A stretch of DNA of 32,000 nt. It comes from an uncultured archaeon. GTDB lineage: Archaea > Micrarchaeota > Micrarchaeia > Micrarchaeales > CABMGC01. Every line of letters starts with the position of its first letter. Within the stretch, counting starts at the first letter, position 1. The notes below the pieces were generated by a model. That model saw only the letters and a list, made by a program, of their open reading frames with translations. It had not been told where the DNA came from and made no database searches. Shown here piece after piece: positions 8,894-17,913 of this stretch. Made by a program: the position numbers and the translations under genes. The stretch covers positions 630,001 through 662,000 of the forward strand of contig OY969902.1 of assembly GCA_963704435.1 (NCBI GenBank), in the 5' to 3' direction.

Positions 8894-9346
8894 GTGTACG
8901 TCGTAGACGCGTCCGAGGCGGAGCACCTGAAGAAGCTGCTGGCCTACGACCCTTACCTGGATCCCAACCTGATACCAAGGCTCCCGAAGGAGTGGGACGA
9001 CCAGAAATATTTGGATGCGCACCCTGACGTTGCGAAGGAGGCTGAGGAGAAGAAGAGGCAAGCCGGCGAGTCCGCGAAGAGGCTGAGGGAGGACAAGGAG
9101 GCCAACCTGATATTCGCCAGGCAGGACTACCTGGTCAAGGACGGCGCCACCCTGGGGCTCGACAGAGACAAGACGTACCTTTTCCTGAGCGCGATGGAGG
9201 AGTTCCTCGTTCCCGCGGAGGAGAAGCTCAAGAAGAACGTGAAGTCGCTGAAGAGGCTCGACCCCGAGACCGAGAAGAAGGTCATAGAGTCCATAGAGAA
9301 GGAAAGGGAGAGCGCCGAGGAGGGCCTCGGAATGATCTTTGGCTAG
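8894..9346 (+). CDS. Conserved hypothetical charged protein
   Basis: 150 aa from a GTG start, tightly packed after S8e and overlapping the next gene by 8 nt. No domain recognised. Confidence 0.65.
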   Translation: MYVVDASEAEHLKKLLAYDPYLDPNLIPRLPKEWDDQKYLDAHPDVAKEAEEKKRQAGESAKRLREDKEANLIFARQDYLVKDGATLGLDRDKTYLFLSAMEEFLVPAEEKLKKNVKSLKRLDPETEKKVIESIEKERESAEEGLGMIFG

Positions 9347-10256
9347 TGGTTGCATGAACCTGCTCGGAATCGACGACCTATCAAAGGAGCAGATAAACGA
9401 CATATTCAACGTAGCGGACGGCATACGCTCCGGAAAGACTACGATGTCTGTGAAGGAAGGGTCCGTGCTCGCTCTGCTTTTCGAGAAGCCGTCCACAAGG
9501 ACGAGGGTCTCGTTCGAGGTCGCAATACGCAAGCTCGGCGGTTCATCGATATACATAGACTCGCGCACCTCGCAGATATCGCGCGGAGAGACGATAGCAG
9601 ACACCGCCAGGGTGCTGAGCCTTTACGTGGACTTCATAGTCGCGAGGATGCATCGCCACGACGACGTGGTCGAGTTCGCGCAGAATTCCGCGGTGCCCGT
9701 CATAAACGGGCTAAGTGACGTCGCGCACCCCACCCAAGCCCTTGCCGACATGTACACGATAGGCGACGTGAAGAAAAAGATCAAGGGGGTCCGCATAGCG
9801 TTCGTCGGCGACGTGGCCCAGAACACTGCAAACTCGCTGATTCTCGCGGCGACCAAGCTCGGCGCGGAGATGGCGCTCATAAGCCCCAAGAACTACCAGC
9901 CCAACTCGAGATACCTGATAAGGGGCAGGGAGTATGGGGTGGTCGACATCTACGACAGCATGAAGGAGGGCCTGGCGAACGCGGACATAATCTACACGGA
10001 CACGTTCGTAAGCATGGGATTCGAGAACGAGGCCGAGCAGAGGAAGAAGCTGTTCGCCGACTATCAGATAAACAGCACGACGCTCGACTATGCGCCTAAG
10101 AGCGCGCTCGTGATGCACCCCCTTCCTGCGTTCAGGGGAGAGGAGATAACGGCAGACGTGCTGGAGGGCCCTAGGAGCATAGTGTGGGAACAGGCCAAGA
10201 ACAAGCTGCTTCTGGCGCAGGCGATACTGATCTACCTATCGGAGAACAGCGACTGA
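9339..10256 (+). CDS. Aspartate/ornithine carbamoyltransferase family protein (substrate ambiguous)
   Basis: FEKPSTRTRVSFEVA carbamoyl-phosphate loop, INGLSDVAHPTQALADMYTI, DTFVSMGFENE and VMHPLPAFRGEEIT: a mix of OTC-like and ATCase-like elements. Confidence 0.88.
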   Translation: MASGCMNLLGIDDLSKEQINDIFNVADGIRSGKTTMSVKEGSVLALLFEKPSTRTRVSFEVAIRKLGGSSIYIDSRTSQISRGETIADTARVLSLYVDFIVARMHRHDDVVEFAQNSAVPVINGLSDVAHPTQALADMYTIGDVKKKIKGVRIAFVGDVAQNTANSLILAATKLGAEMALISPKNYQPNSRYLIRGREYGVVDIYDSMKEGLANADIIYTDTFVSMGFENEAEQRKKLFADYQINSTTLDYAPKSALVMHPLPAFRGEEITADVLEGPRSIVWEQAKNKLLLAQAILIYLSENSD

Positions 10257-10258
10257 CG

Positions 10259-10975
10259 CTACTCCCCCCACATCTCTGCGGTTATCCTCTTCTTGTCCAC
10301 CCCCAGGCCCATCAGCGCCTCCGTAAGCGTCTTGACGAAAGGCATCGGGCCGCAGACGTAGCACATCCTGTCGGACAGGTCGGGCACGTACTTCTGGATC
10401 ATGACGGAGTCTATGCGGCCCGTCTGCCCGGTCCAGCCGTCGCCTTCCTTCGGCCTCGTGACGGTGATAGCCAGCTTCATCCCGGCATGGTCCACGAAAT
10501 CCTGCAGCTCGTCCTTGTATATTATCTCGTACGGGAACCTGACGCTGTATATGGTATTCGCGTCTATGCTTATGCCCTTGCCCTTCACGTACTTTATCAT
10601 GGACAGGAACGGGACGATTCCAGAGCCCCCCGCGAGGAAAAGGAACTTCTTTCCGGGCTCGGCGTCTATCTTGAACATCCCGTACGGGCCAGATATGTAG
10701 TATATGTCTCCGGGCTTGGCAACCTCCAGCTTTCCCGTGAGCTTTCCATGTATCAGGGTTATTACGAAATCGAAATAGTCGACGCCCGGCACGCTCGATA
10801 TGGAGTATGCCCTGGCTATCTCCTCACCCGTCGCGCTGTCCCTGTGCATGAGCATGGCGAACATGCCCGGGGAGAAGTCGACAACCGTGCCGTCCTGGGA
10901 CCTGAACCTGAAGCAGGAGATGTCAGGACTGATCTTCTCTATGCTCTCAAGCACGTACGGTTTTTTGACCATCAT
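10259..10975 (-). CDS. Ferredoxin-NAD(P)+ reductase-like FAD/NAD-binding oxidoreductase
   Basis: RAYSISSVP (FAD), YYISGPYGMFKI, FLFLAGGSGIVPFLSMIKY (NAD(P) loop), MCYVCGPMPFVKTL. Confidence 0.88.
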   Translation of the reverse strand: MMVKKPYVLESIEKISPDISCFRFRSQDGTVVDFSPGMFAMLMHRDSATGEEIARAYSISSVPGVDYFDFVITLIHGKLTGKLEVAKPGDIYYISGPYGMFKIDAEPGKKFLFLAGGSGIVPFLSMIKYVKGKGISIDANTIYSVRFPYEIIYKDELQDFVDHAGMKLAITVTRPKEGDGWTGQTGRIDSVMIQKYVPDLSDRMCYVCGPMPFVKTLTEALMGLGVDKKRITAEMWGE

Positions 10976-10982
10976 AGAATCA

Positions 10983-11570
10983 TCAAAGGATTATTGCCAC
11001 GGCGACCACGGCGATTATCGATAGCAATATTACTCCCGCAGACTTCAGGACGCTGACGCCCTGCTGCCTGGAAAGCGCAAGCACCAGCGTTAGCAGCTCC
11101 CATAGCGCAGAGATCAGCAATGCGATCGCTCCAACGATCGGCATGGGGCTGAGCCAATAGAGCAGTATGACCGGCAACGTCGCGTACATTGTCGCAGTGA
11201 ATGTCGCATCGAATTTGTTCTTGAAGGATCTTAGGAGTATCTTGCCGAAAAGGTGAAATATTGCCGCACCCAAAGCCATCCCGATCGGTTCGATGACCCA
11301 CGCCACCACCGCCGCAAGCACTACCGCGCCCAGCGGCCCGAGGGAAGCGAGATAGGTCAGCGACATCGCGTTCCCGAACATAGCAAAAAAGCCATGTGGG
11401 AAAATTACCGCGGCTATGATCAGCAGCACCGCGGGCATTAGCGAGAATTTGTAATAGAACCTTAGCGCATCCCCAACGCCCATCTTTCTTCCGGATTTTT
11501 TCCCAGGGTGCAGGATGATGCTCACGCCACTTCTAAGCTCATCGATGAAGATCACAAGGCCACCAAACAA
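10983..11570 (-). CDS. YIP1-family-like polytopic membrane protein
   Basis: 195 aa with 5 or so hydrophobic segments; FDATFTATMYATLPVILLYWLSPMPIVGAIALLISALWELLTLVLAL is Yip1-domain-like. Confidence 0.6.
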   Translation of the reverse strand: MFGGLVIFIDELRSGVSIILHPGKKSGRKMGVGDALRFYYKFSLMPAVLLIIAAVIFPHGFFAMFGNAMSLTYLASLGPLGAVVLAAVVAWVIEPIGMALGAAIFHLFGKILLRSFKNKFDATFTATMYATLPVILLYWLSPMPIVGAIALLISALWELLTLVLALSRQQGVSVLKSAGVILLSIIAVVAVAIIL

Positions 11571-11629
11571 TTATGCCAGAGCATATTTTAAGCCTTTACC
11601 CAAGCCAAAGGCGCCCCGCCCTTCAAGAA

Positions 11630-11965
11630 TCAGTTTTTGGGGCTGGCGGAGGCGCTCTTTACCATGCTCTCGCACTTCTCCACGAGCTTTATGACCTCCT
11701 TGAGCTTCGGGTTTATCCCGTAGCCGAGGTCGTACCCATGCTCGGTCCTTATGTGGGTCGGCTGGAGCACGTTCAGGTTCATCGAGAGGTTCCTGAGCGT
11801 TATTATGAGCGTCTTTCGGGTGAAGCTCTTCCCAAGGACAGCGTACAGCTCCCTCGTGGTCCTGGGGGACTTCGCCATCAGCAGCTTCAGGACGGCGAAA
11901 TTGGGCCTGCTCATCAGTTTCCTGAGCATCCAGATTTCGTCCTCCCCCTTCTCCTTCTTCGCCAT
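11630..11965 (-). CDS. Winged-helix (ArsR/MarR-like) transcriptional regulator
   Basis: NFAVLKLLMAKSPRTTRELYAVLGKSFTRKTLIITLRNLSMNLNVLQPTHIRTEHGYDLGYGINPKLKEVIKL has a wHTH organisation. An AT-rich minus-strand promoter-like region (tttatataatg, ~11980) lies upstream. Confidence 0.7.
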   Translation of the reverse strand: MAKKEKGEDEIWMLRKLMSRPNFAVLKLLMAKSPRTTRELYAVLGKSFTRKTLIITLRNLSMNLNVLQPTHIRTEHGYDLGYGINPKLKEVIKLVEKCESMVKSASASPKN

Positions 11966-12048
11966 GTTTCATATTTTCTACGATACATTATATAAACATA
12001 TTCAATCTGTACGGCAGGCCATGATGTCATACCAAGATAAAACGCGCG

Positions 12049-12064
12049 GCGCAGCGCGCTGCGC
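12049..12064. promoter_or_regulatory. 16-bp perfect palindrome between divergent promoters
   Basis: gcgcagcgcgctgcgc equals its own reverse complement. It sits between the divergent wHTH gene (start 11965) and the pilus ATPase gene (start 12110). Confidence 0.4.
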
Positions 12065-12109
12065 GCCCGCAGCAAGGTATAATAAGTTTCTGTTGCATTA
12101 AACTACAAT

Positions 12110-13642
12110 ATGTTTTACTTAGATAAAAGATTATCTACTTTAGTAAATAGAATATCTCCAGCTCGCAGGCCCGTGGAAGAACCGCGCGCGGAGTCGCGGA
12201 TTGGATTCAGCATCGAGACGCCCGGCGCACTCGAAGACGTCGAGCGCATCGGTGGGACGATTCCCCGCTCGATAGCCCGGTCGGGATCGGATTTCATCTA
12301 CCTTCTCGGAAGCGGGATGAAGGGCATCGGTCCCCTGGAATCGCGCCAAATGTCCTTGGCGAAGTCATCCGTAATAGAAGAGCTGTCAAAGGGGACGGAG
12401 GACGTGGGAATGGCCTCATTCAGAAGGGCAAGAGAAATCGCAGCGCGCGAGATTCGCCCGCATCTGGATGGGGAGCGTGCGGACTACCTCTCTTATCTCG
12501 TGGCGCACGACACCGTCGGCTACGGCCCCATCAGCCTGCTCCTGGAAGACAAGGCAAACCTCGAGGAGATAGAGGTGAACTCGCCTTCGAACCCCATAAG
12601 CGTTTACCACGTCAAGTACGGCAGATGCCCGACGAACATCCGGTTCTCGAGCGAGTCGAGCTTCAGGCACAGCATAAACAAGCTCATATGCGACACGGAC
12701 AAGGAGCTCGGTGAGGACTCGCCCATAGTCGATGCGCAGGTGGCGGACGCCAGGATCCACGCGCAGCTGAAGCCGTACGCGCTCAGCGGCGCCGTCGCTT
12801 CGATAAGGCTAGGCCGCGGAAAGACCGTAGGCCTGGATTATATCATAAACAAGGGCACCGCTACCCCGGACCTGCTCGCCTACGTGTGGCTCGCCATGGA
12901 CTCGGGAAGGAACATCGTAATCGCCGGATCCCCTGCTAGCGGCAAGACGACCCTGCTCAGTGCGCTATTCTCTTTCATCCCGCGCTTCGAGAAGTCGGTG
13001 ACAATAGAGGAGGATATAAACGAGCTGAAGGCCAGAATGGAGATAACGAACACCATAGAGCTGTACGGCTCGCGCTACGGGGGAGTCACTACGAGGGAGC
13101 AGGTGATAAACGCGTTGAGGCTGAGGCCCAGCAGGCTCATTGTGGGCGAGGTCCGCGGCGAGGAGACGAGGGAGCTCTTCGCCAGCGCGAACCTGGGCAT
13201 ACCCTTCATAACGACCATGCACAGCAGCGCGGGCGGGATGGACCTGATAAAGAAGCTGCTCATAAGGCCCATGGGCGTCGAGAGCAGGTCCCTTAGCATG
13301 CTGGACGTCGCGCTCTACATGCGCCACGCGGACATCTCGAGAAGGGTGCTCAGCGACGTGTTCGAGTACAGGTGGCTCAGCAGGGCCGAGACCGACAAGA
13401 CGGATACGGAAGTGGGTGACGGGGACGCGGTGGAGATAGCCAGCATAGTGAGCGGAGGCAGGCTCGACACGGGCGCGCTGCAAGGGTCTAAGGTGGTCGA
13501 CGCGTACTCCAGGAAGAGCGGACTGTCCAAGAGGCTGGTGCTCAAGGAGTTCGACAAGAGGTCGTCATTCCTCAAGGAAGCGTGCGCTAGCGGCGCCACC
13601 TCCGGAGGGATAGCCGAGAAGGTGCAGCACTATGGTTGGTGA
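12110..13642 (+). CDS. Type II/IV secretion (TadA/ArlI/VirB11-like) pilus assembly ATPase
   Basis: Walker A IVIAGSPASGKTTLLSALFSFIP, Asp box TIEEDI, IVGEVRGEETRELFASANLGIPFITTMHSSAGG. TATA-like ggtataataa at about 12077. Confidence 0.93.
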   Translation: MFYLDKRLSTLVNRISPARRPVEEPRAESRIGFSIETPGALEDVERIGGTIPRSIARSGSDFIYLLGSGMKGIGPLESRQMSLAKSSVIEELSKGTEDVGMASFRRAREIAAREIRPHLDGERADYLSYLVAHDTVGYGPISLLLEDKANLEEIEVNSPSNPISVYHVKYGRCPTNIRFSSESSFRHSINKLICDTDKELGEDSPIVDAQVADARIHAQLKPYALSGAVASIRLGRGKTVGLDYIINKGTATPDLLAYVWLAMDSGRNIVIAGSPASGKTTLLSALFSFIPRFEKSVTIEEDINELKARMEITNTIELYGSRYGGVTTREQVINALRLRPSRLIVGEVRGEETRELFASANLGIPFITTMHSSAGGMDLIKKLLIRPMGVESRSLSMLDVALYMRHADISRRVLSDVFEYRWLSRAETDKTDTEVGDGDAVEIASIVSGGRLDTGALQGSKVVDAYSRKSGLSKRLVLKEFDKRSSFLKEACASGATSGGIAEKVQHYGW

Positions 13643-14375
13643 TGGCCTGCGCAAACCCAGGGGGCAGCACCCGCGGATCCTGGGCATGTTGCGCGATGTG
13701 GCCCGCGTGGGCTTCGCCGCGGCCGCACTTGCATGCCTGTTGGTGCTAGCGAACGGCGTGCGCGATCCGCTCTTGGCGGTCCTGCTGGTACTGGTCTCGC
13801 TGTTCTTCGTGCTCGCGGTCTCGCTCCTGCTCAAGGCGAACGGGAAGTCCTACGCAAGGAAGGGGCTCCGCGACGGGATGGCGGAGTGCCTATACCTGGT
13901 CATCTATTACCGCTCGAAGAAGGGATCCTACATGAAAGCAATAGACAGGGCATCTGCAAGCGCAGATTCAAATGCGCTCAGATCTCTTATGGTGCGCGCC
14001 TCCAAGGCATTCAGCCTAGGCGGCTCGTTCTTAGGGAGCATCGTATCCTCAAAGGAGCTGAAGTCGGACGCGCTGCTGGAAAACCTGGAATCGGGCACTG
14101 ACGACATCCGCGCCATAAACGGCATCGTATCCGCGCACTGCTTGTATATGAATGCGAGGCGCGCCGCCATCGAAGAGTCGTCACAGAGGTACGCGATATT
14201 CAACATGTTCGTTTCAACAATCCTGCCCTCCTTCGTACTGTTTGCGTTCGTCGGCAGCACAATAATGTCGCAGGCGGGTTTCAGCCTCCTTGCGCTTTCG
14301 GTTTTGCTCGTCATACTGATTCCGCTCATTTATGCGATGGGAAATTCCCTTATGTGGAGGCGATTGTTTGCTTGA
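13632..14375 (+). CDS. TadC/FlaJ-like pilus platform protein, N-terminal half (T2SSF-like)
   Basis: Two N-terminal TM helices, a cytoplasmic helical domain, then two TM helices. Overlaps the ATPase gene by 11 nt. Confidence 0.75.
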   Translation: MVGDGLRKPRGQHPRILGMLRDVARVGFAAAALACLLVLANGVRDPLLAVLLVLVSLFFVLAVSLLLKANGKSYARKGLRDGMAECLYLVIYYRSKKGSYMKAIDRASASADSNALRSLMVRASKAFSLGGSFLGSIVSSKELKSDALLENLESGTDDIRAINGIVSAHCLYMNARRAAIEESSQRYAIFNMFVSTILPSFVLFAFVGSTIMSQAGFSLLALSVLLVILIPLIYAMGNSLMWRRLFA

Positions 14376-15021
14376 ATCTGCAAGGACCGCGTTCAGGCGC
14401 GAAAAGGTTTCGGATGCTGAGGTGATAACCTTCGCCAGGCTTCTCCTGTATGAGTACCGGCGCTCGGGGTCGCTGACGAAGGCGCTAGCCAAGGCGCGCA
14501 AATCGCGCAGGCTACCCCCGCTCGCCACGCACCTCATAAGGAAACTCGAGATCGCGCAGACGGCGGAGAACCTGAATGTGAACAGGGCGGGCGCCCTCAT
14601 GAAGGAGCTTCTCCTTATAGTCGCGCACGGAATGGAGACCGGAGCGAACGTGTGTGAGTCGATCGACCTGTTCATAGCCCGCGCCTCTCGCGAGGTAGAG
14701 CTGAGCAACAAGTTAAGGGTCAGGATGGGGGGAGCGCAGGCGCTTACGCGCCTGGGCATGGGGGTGTTCTTCCCGCTTTTCAGCAGCATAACCGCAATCA
14801 TACTCCAGAGCTCGTCCAGCCTTTCCGGAAGCGCACCGGCGAGCCAGCTTGGCCTTGCGGCGCTCTCTTGCTCCTATGTTCTGATTACGCTGTATCTCTC
14901 AGCCGCGTTCGCGCATCCCGAGAACGCGGTGTCGAGAAACGTCATATCAATGCTTCCATACTTCGCGTCGGCGCTGGCCATCCTTGCGTTCGTGCCGCGC
15001 GTGCTGACTCACGTTATTTGA
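14332..15021 (+). CDS. TadC/FlaJ-like pilus platform protein, C-terminal half (T2SSF-like)
   Basis: FARLLLYEYRRSGSLTKAL...GALMKELLLIVAHGMETGANVCESIDLFIARASREVELSNKLRVRMGG then 3-4 TM helices. The start may be TTG about 14368. Confidence 0.75.
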   Translation: MRWEIPLCGGDCLLESARTAFRREKVSDAEVITFARLLLYEYRRSGSLTKALAKARKSRRLPPLATHLIRKLEIAQTAENLNVNRAGALMKELLLIVAHGMETGANVCESIDLFIARASREVELSNKLRVRMGGAQALTRLGMGVFFPLFSSITAIILQSSSSLSGSAPASQLGLAALSCSYVLITLYLSAAFAHPENAVSRNVISMLPYFASALAILAFVPRVLTHVI

Positions 15022-15030
15022 GGTGGAAAA

Positions 15031-15294
15031 ATGGGACTAACCGAAAACATAAGGGAAGCATTGGTTCCTACCAATGCCGCCGCGCTGCTAGCGCTGGCAA
15101 GGAGCAGGAAGGCGCAGGGCTCGATGGAGTATATAATGATGATCGCCGCAGCGAGCATCGTCATAGTGCTGGCCCTCGCCATGGTCGTGAAGCTGAAGGG
15201 CGCTGCGGTTAGCAGCGTGTCGATCAACGGCACGAACATGAGCGTATCGGACGCGATATCGAAGGAGTTGGGCTCCTTGTCAAGCGGTGCGTGA
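15031..15294 (+). CDS. Archaeal class III signal peptide pilin-like protein
   Basis: ARSRKAQGSMEYIMMIAAASIVIVLALAMVVKL: a basic segment, Q-G-S-x-E-Y, then a hydrophobic helix. Confidence 0.8.
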   Translation: MGLTENIREALVPTNAAALLALARSRKAQGSMEYIMMIAAASIVIVLALAMVVKLKGAAVSSVSINGTNMSVSDAISKELGSLSSGA

Positions 15295-15664
15295 GACGAG
15301 GGCCCAGCTGTCACTAGAGCTCATGCTCTACGTGGCCTTAGCCGGACTTTCGCTGGCGTTCGCCCTCGGAATCTTTTCCAGGGAAGTCTCTGCGGTAGGA
15401 AAGGGCGTCGGCGCATTTGAGATGTCGCAGTTCGTTGGTGCGCTTAACGACAAGCTGCTTAGCGGATCGGCGGGCGGATTCAGCGTGTTCCTCCCGCCAG
15501 GCGTCTGCAACTCGACGCTGTCCAACGCATCGCTGCTCAGCGCCCAGGGCGTGTTCTACCTGGTAAGGCCAGTGGAGGCGGGCAATGCGCTGTGCCCCGA
15601 CGGGACTTCAGCCGCGCTGAGCATAGGATACAACGGGACGGTGGCTTACCTATCGCGTGATTGA
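15287..15664 (+). CDS. Pilin/pseudopilin-like protein (class III signal-like N-terminus)
   Basis: MRETRAQLSLELMLYVALAGLSLAFALGIF. GTG start overlaps the previous stop by 8 nt. Confidence 0.75.
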   Translation: MRETRAQLSLELMLYVALAGLSLAFALGIFSREVSAVGKGVGAFEMSQFVGALNDKLLSGSAGGFSVFLPPGVCNSTLSNASLLSAQGVFYLVRPVEAGNALCPDGTSAALSIGYNGTVAYLSRD

Positions 15665-15868
15665 ATGAGACTGCAGATGAGCTTGGAGGTGATCTTCAGC
15701 ATGCTGGTCGCGCTCTCGATAGCATTCTTCCTGTACACTGCCATCCTCTCGCCAAGCCTAGGCTTCGTTGCGGATTCGCGTGCAATCGGCAACATCTCGA
15801 ACACAATAGGTCATAAGGCGGCAGCATTGTCCTGTCTTTGCGGGCCCTGCCCTGCGGGAGGTGGCTAG
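15665..15868 (+). CDS. Small pseudopilin-like protein
   Basis: MRLQMSLEVIFSMLVALSIAFFLYTAIL. ATG immediately follows the previous stop; 67 aa with a Cys-rich C-terminus (CLCGPC). Confidence 0.65.
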   Translation: MRLQMSLEVIFSMLVALSIAFFLYTAILSPSLGFVADSRAIGNISNTIGHKAAALSCLCGPCPAGGG

Positions 15869-16244
15869 GATGAGGGCATTGATCATATCCCTGGATTTGC
15901 TCGTAGCTTCGCTCTTTGTCTTCCCGAGCGTCGGCATCCTGCTCCTCAGTGCGCGAGGCACGGAAGCGCACCTCTTGGCGCTTGCGACCGCCCAGAATCG
16001 GACCTTCGGCATCGTGTTCGTTTCCCAGGAGATATCGGGCGCCCTGGATTCCTTGAATCTGAGCGTCTCAGCGGCATCCGAGCTGTCAAACAGCATTGCG
16101 CTGTCAAACGGTTTTGAATCCCACCTGTCCTCCCCCGGAAACCTGACCCCCCGCTGCAATCCCTCAGACCTTTGCCGTTTCGTGACGGTTTCGGGGAATA
16201 CGTACTTGCTGGTGATTTCGGATGAGAATGCAAGCGAGCCTTGA
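15861..16244 (+). CDS. Pseudopilin-like membrane protein
   Basis: MRALIISLDLLVASLFVFPSVGILLLSAR N-terminal helix followed by an extracytoplasmic domain. Overlaps both neighbours. Confidence 0.65.
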   Translation: MARMRALIISLDLLVASLFVFPSVGILLLSARGTEAHLLALATAQNRTFGIVFVSQEISGALDSLNLSVSAASELSNSIALSNGFESHLSSPGNLTPRCNPSDLCRFVTVSGNTYLLVISDENASEP

Positions 16245-17499
16245 ATTTCTGCTGATAGCGAGCGCGGTAGCCGCCCTCAGCCTGAGCGTGATTTCACTAT
16301 ACGGAAAGAACATATCGGAGCAGCGCGGACTGCTTGATGTTGTAGCAAACAGCGTGCAGCCGGATTCCGCGACTTCCTATCTCCCAGCAAGCGCCAGCGA
16401 CCCGCAGGTTCTGATGTATGTTCCAGCGAATTCCACGGTCGGCAAGAGCGCCAGCGTGCAGATCACCTTCTATGGATGCTCGTATGGCACTGCGAGCGCG
16501 GCCCTGAGTTCCACATCCGTCTCCTTTGCAAGGAATGAATCGAGCATGGCCATGTCCGACATAGCGATGCTGGCCTTCCCGTTCACCCCGATAACGCCAG
16601 GCCCTGATCCCATAGAAGTAGGCTATGTCATCACGTGCGGGAATTATACTAAGAGCAATTCAACGGACTTCCTGACTTATGCCACATCAGGTGCTGGCAT
16701 CGCACCTGCTCTTTACTCGGCTAGCATAATGAACAGGAGCGAAAAGCTGTCGTACGCTCTGGAGAATCAGGGCACTATCCTGAACTTGGACGAGTGGAGC
16801 CGATGTACAGGGCCCGCGCTATTCAACGGCCAATCTGATTTGTCGCAGTGCGGGCAAAACTCATGGGACTATATGGCGTTCTCCTCATACTGCTATTACA
16901 CTGCAGACGTATCTCTGACTGCCACCTATTGCATGGCGCCAGTCGGAACGGTGTACGATATTAGCGACACCGGGGCGAATGCGGAATACGTCTACAATTT
17001 TACGCTTTTGCTGGGTTCTCCCTACGGCACGATGCGCTCAATACTGAACTATCGCCCGAACGAATCGAACCTCACCCTAAACAACAGGACAGTCGGCAAA
17101 GTTCGCGTCGAGAGCGTCAGCAGCTCCGACTCCGTACCCGCAACGACCCTGATCAGCGATGGCAGCACCTCCTATCCCGTCAATGAGACAGCATACCTGC
17201 AATACGTTGAGGCAAGGAACGACCTATACGGCACGTTGAGCTTCTATAACTCGTCAAGCGTCACATCCGACATTCAATCGGAGATACAGCAGGTGGTCCA
17301 GGCTTTCACAAGCTCGTACGCCGAACTTACAAGCGCCGCGCCATCCGGCGCAGCGTGCAACGTTTCTGAGGGCGAGTATGTTTGCAATGCCACGCATCCT
17401 TTCACATACGTGATAGAAGTTAACGTATCGAGCGGAATGCAATCGGGCAATCAGACGCTATCCTATCTCGGGTCGGTAATAGACATATCGAACAGGTAA
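16222..17499 (+). CDS. Large pilin-like/minor pilin protein with extended extracytoplasmic domain
   Basis: MRMQASLEFLLIASAVAALSLSVISLYG class III-like N-terminus, then ~390 aa Ser/Asn-rich exported domain with several Cys and NxS/T sequons. Confidence 0.75.
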   Translation: MRMQASLEFLLIASAVAALSLSVISLYGKNISEQRGLLDVVANSVQPDSATSYLPASASDPQVLMYVPANSTVGKSASVQITFYGCSYGTASAALSSTSVSFARNESSMAMSDIAMLAFPFTPITPGPDPIEVGYVITCGNYTKSNSTDFLTYATSGAGIAPALYSASIMNRSEKLSYALENQGTILNLDEWSRCTGPALFNGQSDLSQCGQNSWDYMAFSSYCYYTADVSLTATYCMAPVGTVYDISDTGANAEYVYNFTLLLGSPYGTMRSILNYRPNESNLTLNNRTVGKVRVESVSSSDSVPATTLISDGSTSYPVNETAYLQYVEARNDLYGTLSFYNSSSVTSDIQSEIQQVVQAFTSSYAELTSAAPSGAACNVSEGEYVCNATHPFTYVIEVNVSSGMQSGNQTLSYLGSVIDISNR

Positions 17500-17503
17500 T
17501 CAG

Positions 17504-17905
17504 ATGCGCGCACAGTTTGCTACGATTGAGGCCATTCTGGCGATGTTCCTAGTGCTCTCAGCAGTCTCATTCGTGTCGGTTGGAATATCACTAGGCGATA
17601 GGAATTACTATTCAGAAAGCGGAAAGCTAGTACAGAGCATAGCGATATATGATGCAGCGGATCAGATAGCCAAAAATCTCAGCGCCAACGACTGCATAGC
17701 GCTCAGCGGAGCAGGAAATAATCCCGCCTGCGCAAGGAATCTAACAGAATCGTACAAAACCGCATTCGGGCTGAGCCAATTCGAGATAGTGGCTGCGGGT
17801 TTTGCCATAGGGAATTCCACAAAAAACAGCACCACAAGCTGCTTCCCAATATTCTTCGAGTCCGCAAACGCGACGTGCGAGGTATGCTTGATAGCAAGCA
17901 GCTAG
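17504..17905 (+). CDS. Pilin/pseudopilin-like protein
   Basis: MRAQFATIEAILAMFLVLSAVSFVSVGISLG N-terminus plus a small Cys-containing exported domain. Confidence 0.7.
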   Translation: MRAQFATIEAILAMFLVLSAVSFVSVGISLGDRNYYSESGKLVQSIAIYDAADQIAKNLSANDCIALSGAGNNPACARNLTESYKTAFGLSQFEIVAAGFAIGNSTKNSTTSCFPIFFESANATCEVCLIASS

Positions 17906-17913
17906 GTGACCCT

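Noticed and set aside
10184-11056. 290-aa plus-strand ORF
   Set aside because: Antisense to the FNR-like gene, which has clear FAD and NAD-binding motifs.
12965-13483. 172-aa minus-strand ORF in the pilus ATPase gene
   Set aside because: Antisense to the Walker-box-containing ATPase frame; no motif.
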